Positions 32,447 through 34,912 of a stretch of DNA of 34,912 bases are shown here, in pieces (position 1 is the first letter of the stretch; every line of letters starts with the position of its first letter). Position numbers and translations under genes: made by a program. The stretch is from a virus (lineage: Duplodnaviria; Caudoviricetes). The stretch is taken from positions 1 through 34,912 of IMG/VR virus record IMGVR_UViG_3300046805_000140. One strand, written 5' to 3'. The notes under the pieces are model-generated. The model was not told where the DNA came from and did no database searches. It saw nothing but the letters and a program-made list of their open reading frames with translations.

Positions 32447-33432
32447 ACGGTGTAGGTTTCGTTTTGTACTCTTGTATAATCTTTTCCAAAGTCAGCAAAC
32501 AATGCTTTATCTTTTTCACGATTAACAATACCCCTTGACCATGAAAATCCTGCGTCTCCGCCCCATGCAAGCCACATGATGTATCCGTTAGATGGGTTTG
32601 CTGAGTTACCCCAGTCCTTACCCTTCTTGTCTACTTCATGTCGTGAGAAGTATGAGTACATTCTTTTAACAGTGCTAAGAGAGATTGATTCTCCTCTTGC
32701 TAGTTGACCTGCACGAGTCCATCCTACAGATGTTCCAGCACCATTTGCTTTTCCATCTTCTTTAAACTTGATTGCTCTACGAGCAGCAGATCTTGCTCCT
32801 GCTGGTGGCGAGTATCCATCTGCCTTTGAAACTGTATCTGTATCATATTCAACTGTGTCATCATCTTCAAATAGATCATCTGCTTTTGCAGCAGGAACAC
32901 AGTTAGGAACTGGCTTACCATTATCTCCTGGTTTCATTCCTCTTTGTACATATCCATCCCAACAAGGTGCTTGCTTATTTAAATCAGGGCAGCAATTGCT
33001 TTTCATCTCCCCTGCCTGACAGACAGGACAGTTATCGCAGTTTACATTTAATTCTTTACATGTTGGACATCCGCAACCCTCATAGGCCTTGCCTTGATAT
33101 GTATCTGTTGGCATCATTGAGTCATCTGCTTTGCCCATCTGAGCATCAAACATTGCCATCCCTATTTCTGAATCCATTGTGTGATTTTCCATTTCTACTT
33201 TAGTAGCATCTTTGTACATCATTCCAATACTGTATGCTGTTGGTTTCCATGTACCGTTTTCTTCTTTGTAAACTCTAACAGCCATTGCTGGATTTTCTGG
33301 TGGCATTGACTGAATAGCGTACTCTGTTCCAGGAACTCCATACACTCCACCTTCTGTCATTATGTGTTCAACCATCCCATGAACTATTCCTTCGGATGTG
33401 GACCCCATTACAAAGTCACCTTCAATTATCAT
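32443..33432 (-). CDS. Multidomain phage protein (Tudor-like N-terminus, Cys cluster, CWDGY...GMK...PNCVP module, head-associated GWTRA...YFSRH...WGG domain)
   Basis: 329 aa; motifs read from translation; leaderless TGGTATAAT. Confidence 0.65.
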   Translation of the reverse strand: MIIEGDFVMGSTSEGIVHGMVEHIMTEGGVYGVPGTEYAIQSMPPENPAMAVRVYKEENGTWKPTAYSIGMMYKDATKVEMENHTMDSEIGMAMFDAQMGKADDSMMPTDTYQGKAYEGCGCPTCKELNVNCDNCPVCQAGEMKSNCCPDLNKQAPCWDGYVQRGMKPGDNGKPVPNCVPAAKADDLFEDDDTVEYDTDTVSKADGYSPPAGARSAARRAIKFKEDGKANGAGTSVGWTRAGQLARGESISLSTVKRMYSYFSRHEVDKKGKDWGNSANPSNGYIMWLAWGGDAGFSWSRGIVNREKDKALFADFGKDYTRVQNETYTV

Positions 33433-33491
33433 AATTAAATTATACCATGCTGATTTGACTTACCCCTATGACCTTGATATACTTATAATAT

Positions 33492-33565
33492 GCACCAGTA
33501 GCCAAGTTGGTTAAGGCACCGAACTCATAATTCGGCTATCATAGGTTCAAGTCCTATCTGGTGTA
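33492..33565 (+). tRNA. tRNA with CAT anticodon (elongator Met or Ile2)
   Basis: GCACCAG/CTGGTGT acceptor; CCGAA-CTCATAA-TTCGG; TTCAAGT T-loop. Confidence 0.88.
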
Positions 33566-33587
33566 CAATATAACTAAATAATGTTTT

Positions 33588-33661
33588 GCGGATGTTGCAT
33601 ATTGGTAGTGCCTCTGCCTTCCAAGCAGAAGGGGTCAGTTCGATTCTGATCATCCGCTCCA
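33588..33661 (+). tRNA. trnG: tRNA-Gly(TCC) with encoded CCA
   Basis: GCGGATG/CATCCGC; TCTGC-CTTCCAA-GCAGA; ends TCCA. Confidence 0.92.
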
Positions 33662-33662
33662 G

Positions 33663-33735
33663 ACCTCTGTAGTTCAGTGGACAGAACGTTGGACTTCTAA
33701 GCCAAGCGTCACAGGTTCGATTCCTGTCAGGGGTA
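33663..33735 (+). tRNA. trnR: tRNA-Arg(TCT)
   Basis: ACCTCTG/CAGGGGT; TTGGA-CTTCTAA-GCCAA (one mismatch); TTCGATT T-loop. Confidence 0.88.
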
Positions 33736-33737
33736 CT

Positions 33738-34337
33738 TTATTTTAGGTTGTGAAATCCTAGAGAAACTCCTGCACGGGGCTGTACTGTTTTTACGCTATG
33801 AAATCTATTCTTTGGACAAAAGATCATGTCTCCAACATTTAGTTCAAATATGTGGGATACGTCTTCTTCTGTAAGATCTTTTGCCTCTTTTTCTGATTCT
33901 TTGTATATTTTCCAAATACTGCTACCTTGTAGTTGCCAAAAAAATACGTTGTCGTAATCTGAATGTATGTTGTCGTTGGTTGATGCATCCGTTGTAAAAT
34001 TAATATATATATGATGTCCTTCGCTGGGCCTTTCTTTCTTAGCATGTTTAGACTTTTGAAATAGTTTTTCTATACTATCAACAACCATGGATATTTTTTC
34101 ATTCCTATCTGCTTTTCTTATCTTAAACCCTTTTCCATTATAGTGTGATTGATTGGTGTTTACATTATTTAGAATATCATTGTTTACTAATATAAATAGT
34201 TCATCCCAAGATACATTAAACGAAACCTTTTTGTTAAATTTAAATGGCTCTGCGTTTTTATAATTACTAATACACTCTTCTTCACTTAGTAATGAGTCTA
34301 AGTAAAATAGTCTTTGTTCTGTTGAATAGTCACTCAT
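33738..34337 (-). CDS. JmjC/cupin-family hydroxylase (ROX/YcfD-like)
   Basis: HSD..NVFFWQLQG...W.I, L..GD.IF.P...FH.V. Confidence 0.8.
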   Translation of the reverse strand: MSDYSTEQRLFYLDSLLSEEECISNYKNAEPFKFNKKVSFNVSWDELFILVNNDILNNVNTNQSHYNGKGFKIRKADRNEKISMVVDSIEKLFQKSKHAKKERPSEGHHIYINFTTDASTNDNIHSDYDNVFFWQLQGSSIWKIYKESEKEAKDLTEEDVSHIFELNVGDMIFCPKNRFHSVKTVQPRAGVSLGFHNLK

Positions 34338-34346
34338 AGTGAATGT

Positions 34347-34364
34347 GGGGGGCCGAAGCCCCCC
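34347..34364 (-). terminator. GC hairpin with cUUCGg tetraloop after holin
   Basis: GGGGGGC-TTCG-GCCCCCC on minus strand; no clear U-tract. Confidence 0.55.
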
Positions 34365-34370
34365 AACACC

Positions 34371-34643
34371 TTAGCCCTTCTTGGCCTTCACTGCTGTTTT
34401 CTTGACTGGTGCCTTCTTCTTTGGCGCAGTCTTAACTACACGATCTACCTCTGCAACACTTGGTAACTTACCAAATGCTGGATCGTTAGGGTTTGCTGCT
34501 CTTAGTGCAACGGGAATTACTGCTGATAGCAATGAGAATGCGAGATCCTTTGGATCTGTCACTCCTGCCATGTATAGCGCTGCAGCACCTGCGAGTACTG
34601 ATCTTCCGTAAGATGCTAGAGCATTCTTAATTTGTGTATTCAT
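34371..34643 (-). CDS. Holin-like membrane protein with Lys/Ala-rich tail
   Basis: ASYGRS.LA......G..DP......PV.LR..NP.D.AFG; AGGAGG RBS. Confidence 0.7.
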   Translation of the reverse strand: MNTQIKNALASYGRSVLAGAAALYMAGVTDPKDLAFSLLSAVIPVALRAANPNDPAFGKLPSVAEVDRVVKTAPKKKAPVKKTAVKAKKG

Positions 34644-34652
34644 TTTTTCCTC

Positions 34653-34811
34653 CTAGGATATAACTCGTGTTAGTGTTGTAAAACCAATCCATAGACCAAT
34701 AATTCCTGCGACTCCCGCAAAAACTGGTGGTGCTGGTACTGGCAATTTGAATGCAGCAAACACGACGCCACATCCAAAACCTGTTAGTGTTGATAGAAAA
34801 ACATCTTTCAT
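34653..34811 (-). CDS. XapX/DUF1427-like small membrane protein
   Basis: 52 aa, G...G.VF...KLPVPAPP...G..GI.G...G. Confidence 0.75.
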   Translation of the reverse strand: MKDVFLSTLTGFGCGVVFAAFKLPVPAPPVFAGVAGIIGLWIGFTTLTRVIS

Positions 34812-34912
34812 AAAACTTCCTCTTCTTCGTTATCTTTTGGCAGCATATCTATAAGTTTATCATACGCTGGGATGATTTGATGAAATAATTGATCTGTTGG
34901 CAAGTTCATTAC
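34808..34912 (-). CDS. C-terminal fragment of hypothetical protein
   Basis: Open frame to window edge ending ...YDKLIDMLPKDNEEEEVL*; ATGA overlap with next gene. Confidence 0.55.
   Translation of the reverse strand, partial: VMNLPTDQLFHQIIPAYDKLIDMLPKDNEEEEVL

Noticed and set aside
1-34912. Alternative genetic code or stop-codon reassignment
   Set aside because: Genes pack tightly under the standard code, TAA, TAG and TGA all serve as stops, and no suppressor tRNA is present.

Overview
AT-rich (~35% GC by eye) segment of a large tailed phage, most consistent with a freshwater Actinobacteria-infecting phage. The host call is inferred from GAAAGG-type RBSs, leaderless TGnTATAAT starts, a PASTA domain, an actinophage-type holin and a lysozyme-like gene. 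Three zones. (i) 1-10.2 kb: mostly minus-strand tail/virion genes, a transglycosylase and two 2OG-Fe(II) oxygenases. (ii) ~10.25-22.9 kb: an early/host-takeover-like island of tiny ORFs plus a gp88-like protein, DUF932 and tRNA-Asp. It is built from repeated cassettes whose intergenic DNA shares one grammar: GCCGAC box, CGACACGCCG box, helically phased TGTGA-N6-TCACA box, TGTCAG spacer motif and a strong sigma70-type promoter. Many cassettes end in a compact covarying RNA pseudoknot, and oppositely oriented DnaA-box clusters lie at ~11.4 and ~22.9 kb. (iii) 22.9-34.9 kb: accessory genes (sulfotransferase-like, GIY-YIG, PnuC-like, PD-(D/E)XK, RsmI-like, five more P4H-like oxygenases, JmjC, Hsp20, CDGSH, FkbM-like), three tRNAs and a holin. 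By eye, AGCT and CCGG are absent from the whole window. All family calls are motif recognition by eye, not database searches.
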